Below are positions 1 to 7,774 of a DNA stretch of 43,161 nucleotides, one piece after another (the first letter of the stretch is position 1; each line of letters starts with the position of its first letter). The notes below the pieces were generated by a model. The model was not told the DNA's origin. It made no database searches and was given only the letters and a program-made list of their open reading frames with translations. The DNA comes from an uncultured Oscillospiraceae bacterium (GTDB lineage Bacteria > Bacillota > Clostridia > Oscillospirales > Ruminococcaceae): contig CAYZSR010000001.1 in assembly GCA_964479715.1 (NCBI GenBank), positions 3,425 to 46,585 of the forward strand, read 5' to 3'. Position numbers and translations under genes: made by a program.

Positions 1-335
1 ACCGCGGCGTAGACCCCGCCGAACTGCCGCTAACCGAAAGCCTTGCCATTACCATAGAGCGGGTTATGCCCTACTTCCACGAGGAAATTAAACCGCAAAT
101 GCAAGACGGCAAGCGCGTTTTAATTGTGGCGCATGGCAACTCGCTGCGGTCGATGGTAAAAGAGTTTGAAAACCTAACCGACGAAGAAATTATGGGGGTA
201 AACATCCCCACCGGCGTGCCGCTGGTTTATGAATTTGACGACGACTTTAACGTGCTGGATAAATATTATCTAGGCGACCAAGAAGCCATTGAAGCACAAA
301 TTAAAGGCGTTGCAGACCAAGGCAAAGCCAAATAA
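1..335 (+). CDS. gpmA: 2,3-bisphosphoglycerate-dependent phosphoglycerate mutase, C-terminal part (5' end lies outside the window)
   Basis: The frame is open from the window edge. The translation [22 protein letters not shown]...[17 protein letters not shown]...[13 protein letters not shown] matches the conserved GpmA C-terminal half. A hairpin terminator follows. Confidence 0.9.
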   Translation, partial: RGVDPAELPLTESLAITIERVMPYFHEEIKPQMQDGKRVLIVAHGNSLRSMVKEFENLTDEEIMGVNIPTGVPLVYEFDDDFNVLDKYYLGDQEAIEAQIKGVADQGKAK

Positions 336-345
336 AACACCACAC

Positions 346-381
346 AAAAAGCCCCGCTGATTTATCAGCGGGGGCTTTCTT
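346..381. terminator. Bidirectional intrinsic terminator between the convergent gpmA and NYN genes
   Basis: aaaaaGCCCCGCTGAT-tt-ATCAGCGGGGGCtttct: a GC-rich stem of about 11 bp with an A-run on one side and a T-run on the other. Confidence 0.8.
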
Positions 382-398
382 TATCTTTGTTAACGGTA

Positions 399-1223
399 TT
401 ATTTAACACGAACCATCAGGTTTTTGCCGCCGCCGGGTATCCGGTCGGAGCGGGTGTCAAAATCGCCGGTGTAATCAATCAGCTTATGCAGCTTTGAAAA
501 ACCGTAGTTGCGGGTGTCAAAATCGGCGTAAAGCCGCCCTAAAATGCTACCCACTTGCGACAAAGACATATAGCCTTCTTCGTCGGAATCGTGCTCTATA
601 ACATCTTTAATTTTGATGACAATTTCTTCAAGCGGCACAAAACCGGTTGTCACTTCATCTTGAAGACTGCCGGGCATGCCGGCCGGTTCTTGCTTGGCTT
701 TGTTGGTGCTGTTGTCATTTCTTTTAGCCGGCTTGGGTTTCGCGGCTTTGTTGTCCTTGCCTTGCGCGTTATTGCCTTTTTTTCCTTTTGCGTTGAAAAG
801 CACATCTAAATACTTAAACGTGTCGCAGGCGGATTTAAATGCCATCGGTGTTTTACTTTCACCCATGCCAATAACGAACATGCGGCTTTCCCGCAGGCGG
901 GACGCAAGCCGGGTAAAATCCGAATCGGATGATACCAGACAAAACCCGTCACAGTTGCCGGTGTAAAGAATGTCCATCGCATCAATTATCATCGCAGAGT
1001 CGTTGGCGTTTTTGCCGCGCGTGTAGTTAAATTGCTGTATCGGCGTAATGTTGTTATGCAACAATTCGCTTTTCCAGCTCGACATTTCGGGGCTTGTCCA
1101 GTCGCCGTAAATGCGGCGGTAAGCCGGCGTTCCGTGAACGCTTAATTCGTCTGAAATAACTTTTATATAACGCGGTGAAACGTTTTCTGCATCTATTAAC
1201 AAAGCGATTACTCTGTCACTCAT
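399..1223 (-). CDS. NYN-domain (LabA/PIN-like) putative RNase with a C-terminal OST-HTH/LOTUS domain
   Basis: The N-terminal part (VIALLIDAENVS...GDWTS...DSAMIIDAMDILYTG..DGFCLVSSDSDFTRLASRLRE.G..V.G) matches the NYN acidic-residue pattern. A Lys/Asn-rich linker follows, then a C-terminal YMSLSQVGSILGRLYADFDTRNYGFSKLHKLI that looks LOTUS-like. I moved the start to ATG 1223 (MSDRV) because AAAGGAGGG lies 6 nt upstream; the two extra Met codons of the ORF track lie upstream of and inside that RBS. Confidence 0.7.
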   Translation of the reverse strand: MSDRVIALLIDAENVSPRYIKVISDELSVHGTPAYRRIYGDWTSPEMSSWKSELLHNNITPIQQFNYTRGKNANDSAMIIDAMDILYTGNCDGFCLVSSDSDFTRLASRLRESRMFVIGMGESKTPMAFKSACDTFKYLDVLFNAKGKKGNNAQGKDNKAAKPKPAKRNDNSTNKAKQEPAGMPGSLQDEVTTGFVPLEEIVIKIKDVIEHDSDEEGYMSLSQVGSILGRLYADFDTRNYGFSKLHKLIDYTGDFDTRSDRIPGGGKNLMVRVK

Positions 1224-1352
1224 CTGTCGCCCTCCTTTCATCACTAGTAAAATAATTTTGCCGTGTCTGCAAAGGGCGCGGCTATTTTTTGCACGCTACC
1301 ATGCAGGCACTCTTTACAGTATACCATAAAACCGCCGTTTCCCCAACGCGCC

Positions 1353-2771
1353 CTAGCGCAGCGCCTTATTATAAATGGTGGCAAACGCCGCTACAGCGTC
1401 TTGAATGGCGTCCATAGCAAAGCCGCCGTAGCCTAAAATAAGCGCGTCATCTTGGGGGGCGGGCGGCGCGTCGGCATGGTAATAGTCTTTCATCGGTTTA
1501 ATAAAAATATGATTTTCCGCCGCCCGCTGCGCAATAACGGTTGCTTTATCGGGCGGTGTTTTCACGATTAAATAGTGCCCTGTGTGGGTGTTTGCCAGCG
1601 AGAAACTGTCTTTTTCAAGATGCCGATGCAACGCTTTTACGGCAACGTCGCGTTTTTCACGGTAGGCGGTACGCATACGGTTAAGGCTGCGTGCAAAATG
1701 CCCGTCTGCCATAAACCGTGCCAGCGTGTGTTGTTCGGGGCGGGATACGGTGCAGCTGTAGCCGCCGTAGGCTTTTTTCCATCGCGCTAACAGCCGTGGC
1801 GGCAACACAAGGTACGCCACCCGCAACCCCGGCGCCAAAGAGCGGGAAAAGGTGCCAGCGTAAACGACGTGCCCTTCCCTATCAAGCCCTTGCAGGCTAG
1901 GTAGCGGACGCCCATCAAAGCGAAACTCGCTGTCGTAATCGTCTTCAATAAGAAAGCCGTCGCTGTCTGACGCCCAGCGCAGCAGCTCGGTGCGGCGCCC
2001 CACCGGCATGACATACCCCGTTGGGAATTGGTGGCTTGGCGTAAGATACGCCGCGCGCGCCCCGCTTTCTTTCAGTTTGTCGCACCGTAGGCCATTTTCG
2101 TCCACCGGCACCCAGCACGTTTCGATGCCTTCGTTGTTTAAAATACGCGCCGTTTTGGTGTAGCCGGGGTTTTCCAGCGCCACCCGCTGCCCCGCAAAAA
2201 GGCGCGCTAACATACCCACCAGCGTTTCAAGCCCCGCCCCCACTACCAGTTGCTCCGGCTTGCAGCGCACGCCGCGGTAAGCGCGCAGGTAGTCACATAT
2301 GGCAAGGCGCAGCGGCACGTCGCCGAAGGCGTCGCCTTTTTCATACAGTGTGGGCGAGCCGCTCAGCGTTTCTCTAAAAAGGCGGTTCCATGTTTTGGCG
2401 GGAAACAGCTCGGGGTCAATGTCGGCGCTGGCAAAAGAATAGCGCCACACCTTTTGTTGCGGCGGCTTTGGCGGCGGCACGCCGTCGCCGTTTTTATGAA
2501 TGCGGGGCGGCAAAACCGTTTTATCCAGCTTATTCACATAAAACCCGCTGCGGGGTTTTGCGGTAACATACCCTTCCGCCGCCAGCATTTGGTAGGCTTC
2601 GTCAACGGTGTTGACGCTAACCCCCAGTTGCTGGGCCGCGGTGCGCTTGCCGGGCAGTTTTTTGCCGGCGGTAAAACGGTTGTTGCTAATTTCTTTGATG
2701 ATAAAGCGATACAGCTGTTCATAAAGTGGCAGCTCGTCATCTTTATCTAAAAATACGGCGAGATAGCTCAT
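1353..2771 (-). CDS. MocR/PdxR-type regulator (GntR winged-HTH fused to a class-I aminotransferase-like domain)
   Basis: N-terminal LPLYEQLYRFIIKEISNNRFTAGKKLPGKRTAAQQLGVSVNTVDEAYQMLAAEGYV is a GntR HTH. The remaining roughly 350 aa have the aminotransferase fold pattern (YLTPSHQFPTG, FLIEDDYDSEFRF, GTFSRSLAPGLRVAYLV). Confidence 0.85.
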   Translation of the reverse strand: MSYLAVFLDKDDELPLYEQLYRFIIKEISNNRFTAGKKLPGKRTAAQQLGVSVNTVDEAYQMLAAEGYVTAKPRSGFYVNKLDKTVLPPRIHKNGDGVPPPKPPQQKVWRYSFASADIDPELFPAKTWNRLFRETLSGSPTLYEKGDAFGDVPLRLAICDYLRAYRGVRCKPEQLVVGAGLETLVGMLARLFAGQRVALENPGYTKTARILNNEGIETCWVPVDENGLRCDKLKESGARAAYLTPSHQFPTGYVMPVGRRTELLRWASDSDGFLIEDDYDSEFRFDGRPLPSLQGLDREGHVVYAGTFSRSLAPGLRVAYLVLPPRLLARWKKAYGGYSCTVSRPEQHTLARFMADGHFARSLNRMRTAYREKRDVAVKALHRHLEKDSFSLANTHTGHYLIVKTPPDKATVIAQRAAENHIFIKPMKDYYHADAPPAPQDDALILGYGGFAMDAIQDAVAAFATIYNKALR

Positions 2772-2831
2772 CTTCTGGCACCCCTGTCTTGTCTTGAATT
2801 TGATTTTGAGATAGGCTCAGTTTGTAAGTTT

Positions 2832-2860
2832 AGTATAATTTATTACTACCATAGAGTCAA
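2832..2860 (-). promoter_or_regulatory. Sigma-A-type promoter of the MocR gene
   Basis: The minus strand reads TTGACT-17 nt-TATACT (plus-strand agtcaa at 2855-2860 and agtata at 2832-2837), about 60 nt upstream of the start codon. Confidence 0.6.
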
Positions 2861-3049
2861 TTACTCGCTCGCTATTTGCCCGTGCTTAAAAAATCGGTGC
2901 GGATAAATTGGCACCCGTTAACAACGTTACACCATCTTAAGCACTATGAAATACTATGCAAAATTCGAGAGTAATATAAAGCCACGAAAATGAGAAACTC
3001 TGCTGGGCTAAAATATTTTATGCTTATCAAACAAATTGTAGCCATAAAA

Positions 3050-3081
3050 AATAAAAAAGCCGGGCAAATGCCCGGCTTTAC
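3050..3081 (-). terminator. Intrinsic terminator after the CNNM/CorC-type gene
   Basis: AAGCCGGGC-aaat-GCCCGGCTT is flanked by an A-run (plus strand), which gives a U-run on the minus-strand transcript. It lies 9 nt past the stop codon. Confidence 0.85.
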
Positions 3082-3089
3082 CTTTTTAA

Positions 3090-4565
3090 TTAAGAGCTTT
3101 CGTCCGTTTCTTTGTCAGCCGCCTCTCGTTCTTCCCGTGCTTTTTTGCGGCTATTTTTAGCTTCTTTTTTGGTTTCCTTTTTGTCTTTCTCTTCCGGCTC
3201 TTCCACCGGTTTAAGCGGTATGGCGGAAGGCAGCAAGCCAACACGTGCCCATTTAATGTGGTGGTCCGCTACCGGCTCGGTGTGAATTTCCAGCCCGTGC
3301 ACCGCAAGATGTACCTCTTGCCCATCGGCAGGTATTTGGCTTAGCTGGCTAAAAACCAGCCCGCCCAGCGTGTCGTACTCGCGGTCTTGCGCCAGCGGCA
3401 GCGCCACCCCCAGCTCCTGCTCCAGCGTTTCAATGTCGGTGTCGCCGGCGATGCGCCAAAGGTTGTCTGATATTTTAGAAAATTCCGGCTCATCGGGCGG
3501 GTCAAATTCATCGTATATGCTGCCGACAATTTCTTCAATAATATCTTCCATGGTAACAATGCCGCTAAAGCCGCCGTACTCGTCCAGCAAAATAGCCATG
3601 TGGTCTTTGCGTTGCTGCATGTCTCGCAGCAGCACGTCGGCCAGCACCGTTTCCGGCACAAAGCAGGCGGGGCGCAACATTTTGCGTATGTCCACCGGGC
3701 TTTTGCTGCGCACGTTCAAAAGGTAGGTGCGCGCGTTGAGCACGCCGAGAATGCGGTCTAGGTTGCCGTCAAAAACCGGGTAGCGGGACATGCCGCTTGC
3801 CTCTATAATGCCGATGACCTCTTCCGGCTCGGCGGTGGCTTCAATGGCAATCACATCAACGCGGTGCGTCATAATATCCCGCGCAATGGTTTTATCCAAT
3901 TCAAAAACGCTTTCAATCATCGCTTTTTCTTCGCTGTCTATGGCGCCGGTTTCGTGCCCCACATCTACCATCATGCGAATTTCATCCTCGGTAATGGGGT
4001 CCACACTGCGGGCGTCCTTAATGCCAAAGAGGCGCAAAACCACCCGTGTGGAGGCAGACAGCAGGCGGATAAGCGGTTTCATAAAGGTGGTTAAACCCAT
4101 GATGACAACCGACGCCACCCGCGCTATTTGGTAGGGGCGGTGCAGCGCCACTTGTTTGGGCACCAGCTCGCCGAAAACCAGCGTAAAGTACGATAAGATA
4201 ATGGTGATTAAAATAATAGCAATGGTGCGTAAGGTGGGCAGCGTAAAGAAGGTAAACTCAAGCGAGTTGTACACCCACGCCGCCAACGGGTCGGCAAAGT
4301 TGTCGGCCGCAAAGGCGCTGGCCAGAAAACCCGCCAGCGTGATACCGATTTGAATGGTTGAAAGAAAATCAGACGGGTCTTCGACCATAATCAGCATACG
4401 TTTTGCGTGTTTATCGCCCTCTTCGGCCCCTTTACGCAATCTGTTTTCATTCAATTGTAACACGGCAATTTCCGTTGCCGCAAAAAAGGCGTTAACCAGT
4501 ATTAACACAACTTGTAAGACCATTACGCCGATTAAAGAACCCACTGTAAATGATGCGGTCTGCAA
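3090..4565 (-). CDS. CNNM/DUF21-CBS-CorC_HlyC family transporter (hemolysin-family or TlyC/CorC-like, putative divalent-cation efflux)
   Basis: An N-terminal four-TM DUF21 region is followed by a CBS pair (IARDIMTHRVDVIAI...MSRYPVF; VPETVLADVLLRDMQQRKDHMAILLDEYGGFSGIVTMEDIIEEIVG) and a CorC_HlyC C-terminal domain. There is an extra Lys/Glu-rich tail. The start is TTG, with AAAGGAG 6 nt upstream. Confidence 0.85.
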   Translation of the reverse strand: MQTASFTVGSLIGVMVLQVVLILVNAFFAATEIAVLQLNENRLRKGAEEGDKHAKRMLIMVEDPSDFLSTIQIGITLAGFLASAFAADNFADPLAAWVYNSLEFTFFTLPTLRTIAIILITIILSYFTLVFGELVPKQVALHRPYQIARVASVVIMGLTTFMKPLIRLLSASTRVVLRLFGIKDARSVDPITEDEIRMMVDVGHETGAIDSEEKAMIESVFELDKTIARDIMTHRVDVIAIEATAEPEEVIGIIEASGMSRYPVFDGNLDRILGVLNARTYLLNVRSKSPVDIRKMLRPACFVPETVLADVLLRDMQQRKDHMAILLDEYGGFSGIVTMEDIIEEIVGSIYDEFDPPDEPEFSKISDNLWRIAGDTDIETLEQELGVALPLAQDREYDTLGGLVFSQLSQIPADGQEVHLAVHGLEIHTEPVADHHIKWARVGLLPSAIPLKPVEEPEEKDKKETKKEAKNSRKKAREEREAADKETDESS

Positions 4566-4746
4566 AACGTCACTCCTTTGTGCACTTTGTAATTAAACTA
4601 AACAAGGCATAGCCGGCGCCACACAAACGCAGACCATGCCTGATACTATTTGTTAGATGCGAGGCATCTTCGAGATCGACCACTGCCGTCGTCCATTTGT
4701 ATGCGGCAATCCTCACTTTATCTTAATTGTTTTTAACATTAGCTAG

Positions 4747-4776
4747 AGTATACCTAAAACAAAAGCAATTTGTCAA
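4747..4776 (-). promoter_or_regulatory. Strong sigma-A-type promoter upstream of the CNNM gene, giving a leader of about 175 nt
   Basis: The minus strand reads TTGACA-18 nt-TATACT (plus-strand tgtcaa at 4771-4776 and agtata at 4747-4752). Confidence 0.6.
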
Positions 4777-4806
4777 GCAGGGCGGCAAATACACGCCGTG
4801 CCACGG

Positions 4807-5967
4807 CTAATGTTTCTTTTCATCGGGGGTTTCCTCGGGCGCCGGGTCGGGCGGTTCTTCCGGCAGCGGTTCCGGCTCTGCCGGTTCATCCGGTGCCCCT
4901 TCCTGCGGCTGTGACGCCGGCGTCACCTCGGGCGGTTGTGGCACGGCGTTCCACCCACCGGTGGCGGGGTCGGTGGTTTGCGTTTCGGTTTTCAGCGGCA
5001 GGCGGTTTGGTATCTTGCCCAGCGGCTGTGGGCGGCGGTCGCTTGTTTCCAGAACATGGGTTCTAAAATATTCCACCATCGTTTCTGCCCCGAACTGCGA
5101 AATGTGAATACCGTCGTCCACCGTGTAACCCTTTTTCATGTAGCCGGTGGAAGCGTCTTGCATTTTTTCGTTCCAGTTTAAAAACCAGACGCCCTTTTCG
5201 TCCGCCAGCTGTAAGAGGCGGGTGTTGTAGCGGTTTATCTCCTGCATGGTAATGGTGTTATTGTCATGCTCACGCGCCACCGCCGGCACGGCACCGATAA
5301 CAATATCGGCGTACGGGTAGTTGGCTTTTATGTCATCCACCACTTTTTCATACAACTCGATAAAGGTATCCACCGGCGTAAAGCCAATGTTGTTGGTGCC
5401 GAAGGTGATAACGACACGCCGCGGCTGCAGCACCGCCACCGATTGCGCCAGCGTGTATTGCTTGCTGTCCCCCTCAAAGGAAACGCGCCGCTCGGTTGCG
5501 GCGCCGCTTATCGCCATGCTTTCAACGCCGATGCAGCTGTTGGCGGTTAGGTGGGTGCTTTCTTTATAATGCAACATGCGCGCCGTATTGGAGTCGCCTA
5601 AAAAGAGCGTCTCCCGCAGGTAGGTAAGGCCGCCGTCGTCACTCTTTTGAAGAAGTGCGCCGCCATGCTCGCCGGGGTCCAGTGTGTATGGTGTCGGCTC
5701 CTTAGGGGTGCTTTTACCGCTGCTTTCCACCACATAGCGGGCAAACATAAACAGCAACAGCCCCATTAACAGCAACAGTAAAGACAGCGCAACCATTGCT
5801 ATTTTGGTGGCGGTGGTGCCACTTTTCTGCTCTTTGATAAGCGCTTTTTCCGTTCTATGATACCGCTTTTTTGCACTGTTGTCCGCTTCTTTCGGCGCGG
5901 CGGGCGGCTTTTCCGCCTCGGTAAAACCACGCCCCTTTTGATATACTTTAGGGCTTTCGGGTGCCAT
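4807..5967 (-). CDS. Membrane-anchored SGNH/GDSL-type hydrolase with a Pro/Glu-rich C-terminal tail
   Basis: There is a single N-terminal TM segment (IAMVALSLLLLLMGLLLFMF). SGNH blocks are present: LFLGDSNT (block I), ITFGTNNIG (block III) and DDGIHIS (block V, DxxH). AGGGAGG lies upstream of the ATG. Confidence 0.75.
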   Translation of the reverse strand: MAPESPKVYQKGRGFTEAEKPPAAPKEADNSAKKRYHRTEKALIKEQKSGTTATKIAMVALSLLLLLMGLLLFMFARYVVESSGKSTPKEPTPYTLDPGEHGGALLQKSDDGGLTYLRETLFLGDSNTARMLHYKESTHLTANSCIGVESMAISGAATERRVSFEGDSKQYTLAQSVAVLQPRRVVITFGTNNIGFTPVDTFIELYEKVVDDIKANYPYADIVIGAVPAVAREHDNNTITMQEINRYNTRLLQLADEKGVWFLNWNEKMQDASTGYMKKGYTVDDGIHISQFGAETMVEYFRTHVLETSDRRPQPLGKIPNRLPLKTETQTTDPATGGWNAVPQPPEVTPASQPQEGAPDEPAEPEPLPEEPPDPAPEETPDEKKH

Positions 5968-6275
5968 GTTGCACCTCCCTTACGTTGTTAAATCATTATT
6001 TATTATACCGTACCACGGGCGACTATTCAATTATTTATCGCGCCCGTCTGTCAAATAAAGAGCTTTTAGCGGTTGAATAATTGCCACCACGCCAGTTAAA
6101 TAGGCTTTTTCATGCCGCTAAAAGTTTACACTTTGTTCGTATTCTTGTTTTGTCCCTATAATATATTACCTTTATAGTAGTACGTCAAACAACGGGGTAC
6201 AACGTGCAAAAATGACTAAAAACCGTCTCTTTTTTGGCACCCCTTTGTTGAAAAGTGAAAACTGCATTAAGTCGC

Positions 6276-6304
6276 TTGCTTTTTAAATAGTTTAATAGTA
6301 TACT
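6276..6304 (+). promoter_or_regulatory. Sigma-A-type promoter of the marR-clpP-clpC operon
   Basis: TTGCTT (6276-6281), a 17 nt spacer, then TATACT (6299-6304). Confidence 0.55.
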
Positions 6305-6333
6305 GTTAATGTGCTTATTAGTTAAGCGCTTAA
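6292..6333. promoter_or_regulatory. Two palindromic candidate operator sites between the promoter and the marR start
   Basis: TTAAtAGTATACTgTTAA (6292-6309) is an 18 bp palindrome with one symmetric mismatch pair and overlaps the -10 box. TTAAGCGCTTAA (6322-6333) is a perfect 12 bp palindrome. Confidence 0.45.
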
Positions 6334-6352
6334 TTGATTAGGAGTGAAGCAT

Positions 6353-6805
6353 ATGTACAGTGATCTTGTAGACCAATTTGTCGGCGCTACTCTTCGCTTT
6401 CGAAAAGTGAATTTATGCGACATGCTAGGTCACGACATTCACTTCGGTGAAATGATAGTTATGGACAGCGTTGCCAGGAATTGCAAATATTCCAATGGCA
6501 CGTTGAACGTATCGGAAATTTCAACACGGCTTCACGTGACGAAACCGGCCGTTTCACAAATATTGAACGCGCTTGAAGGCAAGGGCTGCATCGACCGCAA
6601 CATTTGCGAGGATGACAGGCGGAAAATAGCCGTTACCCCCACCGAAAAGGGCCACCAATATTGGACAGAAACACGCAGCCAATATGACCAAGCCATGGCT
6701 GCCATGCTGGAATATATCAGCGCTGAAGACATGGAGAAATTGATTGAACTGATGAACCAGCTAACCGACATATATGAAAAAATACAAAACGATAATGCGG
6801 AGTGA
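6353..6805 (+). CDS. MarR-family transcriptional regulator, first gene of the clp operon
   Basis: Winged-HTH core: LNVSEISTRLHVTKPAVSQILNALEGKGCIDRNICEDDRRKIAVTPTEKG. I prefer ATG 6353 (GGAG 8 nt upstream) over the GTG at 6344 used by the ORF track. Confidence 0.8.
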   Translation: MYSDLVDQFVGATLRFRKVNLCDMLGHDIHFGEMIVMDSVARNCKYSNGTLNVSEISTRLHVTKPAVSQILNALEGKGCIDRNICEDDRRKIAVTPTEKGHQYWTETRSQYDQAMAAMLEYISAEDMEKLIELMNQLTDIYEKIQNDNAE

Positions 6806-6811
6806 TTAAGA

Positions 6812-7393
6812 ATGAATTTAATACCTTATGTAGTTGAACAAACAAGCCGCGGTGAACGTAGCTATGATATATTTTCCCGCCTGCTAAATGACCGTATCGT
6901 CATGCTTTCAGGCCAAGTGGACGACGCCACCGCCAGCACCATCATCGCCCAGTTTTTATACCTGGACGCCCAAGACTCAGACAAAGACATCCAGCTGTAT
7001 ATCAACAGCCCGGGCGGCTCGGTTTCGGCGGGGCTTGCCATTTATGACACCATGCAATACCTTACGGCAGACGTTTCAACCATCTGCGTTGGGCTGGCCG
7101 CCTCAATGGGCGCTTTCTTGCTAGCCGCCGGCGCCGAGGGCAAACGTATCGCCCTGCCCAACAGCGAAATTATGATTCACCAGCCGTCGGGCGGCAGCCA
7201 AGGCCAAGCCTCGGACATTGAAATTCAAGCCGAGCACATTATCCGTACCAAACAACGGCTGAACGAGATTTTGGCAAAACACACCGGCCAATCCGTTGAG
7301 CAAGTTGAAAAAGACAGCGACCGAGACAACTTCATGACCGCTGAAGAAGCCAAAGAATATGGCCTTATCGACAGCATCATTGTCAAACGCTAA
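6812..7393 (+). CDS. clpP: ATP-dependent Clp protease proteolytic subunit
   Basis: [31 protein letters not shown]...[20 protein letters not shown]...[14 protein letters not shown]...MIHQPSGG is the canonical ClpP sequence, including the catalytic Ser and His contexts. Confidence 0.97.
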   Translation: MNLIPYVVEQTSRGERSYDIFSRLLNDRIVMLSGQVDDATASTIIAQFLYLDAQDSDKDIQLYINSPGGSVSAGLAIYDTMQYLTADVSTICVGLAASMGAFLLAAGAEGKRIALPNSEIMIHQPSGGSQGQASDIEIQAEHIIRTKQRLNEILAKHTGQSVEQVEKDSDRDNFMTAEEAKEYGLIDSIIVKR

Positions 7394-7414
7394 AACCCCG
7401 AGGAGGAGAAAACA

Positions 7415-7774
7415 ATGACGTGCCAATACTGCAAAGGAAGAGAAGCCGAACATTCATTCATCATTCAGTTTCAAAACGGCAGACGTGAAATTCACCTCTG
7501 CTCTGAATGCGCTGAAATGGCACAACGTTATTATAAAATGGCTCTTCAAGCCTATGGGGGCACACGTCGTAAAGACTTCTCACCCATCGATGAATCAAGA
7601 CAGTTGGGCGAGAGCCCGTTCCCCGCAGACGCAGGCAACACCATGCGCAGCCGCCGCCGTTTAAACGCTTTGAAAGCCCGGCTGGCAGAAGCTGTAAGGC
7701 TGGAACATTATGAAGAAGCCGCCCGGCTAAGAGACAAAATAGCCGAAGCAGAAAAGGATGTGTACGCACTATGA
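7415..7774 (+). CDS. McsA-like small protein: CxxC zinc-finger pair plus a UVR (UvrB/UvrC) motif
   Basis: CQYC...CSEC sits at the N-terminus. The C-terminal LKARLAEAVRLEHYEEAARLRDKIAE is a UVR motif. A GAGGAGGAG RBS is present, and the stop overlaps the clpC start (ATGA). Confidence 0.65.
   Translation: MTCQYCKGREAEHSFIIQFQNGRREIHLCSECAEMAQRYYKMALQAYGGTRRKDFSPIDESRQLGESPFPADAGNTMRSRRRLNALKARLAEAVRLEHYEEAARLRDKIAEAEKDVYAL

Noticed and set aside
2900-3050. A possible small gene or sRNA in the AT-rich gap between the CNNM terminator and the MocR promoter (for example the 15-codon ORF MKYYAKFESNIKPRK).
   Set aside because: I found no RBS, no convincing plus-strand promoter and no structure beyond the shared terminator. 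It is too short and featureless to support.
5968-6343. A CtsR operator (tandem A/GGTCAAA heptads) upstream of the clp operon.
   Set aside because: Only isolated GTCAAA hexamers occur (for example near 6050 and 6185). None has the 7-3-7 direct-repeat spacing, so there is no support for CtsR control.
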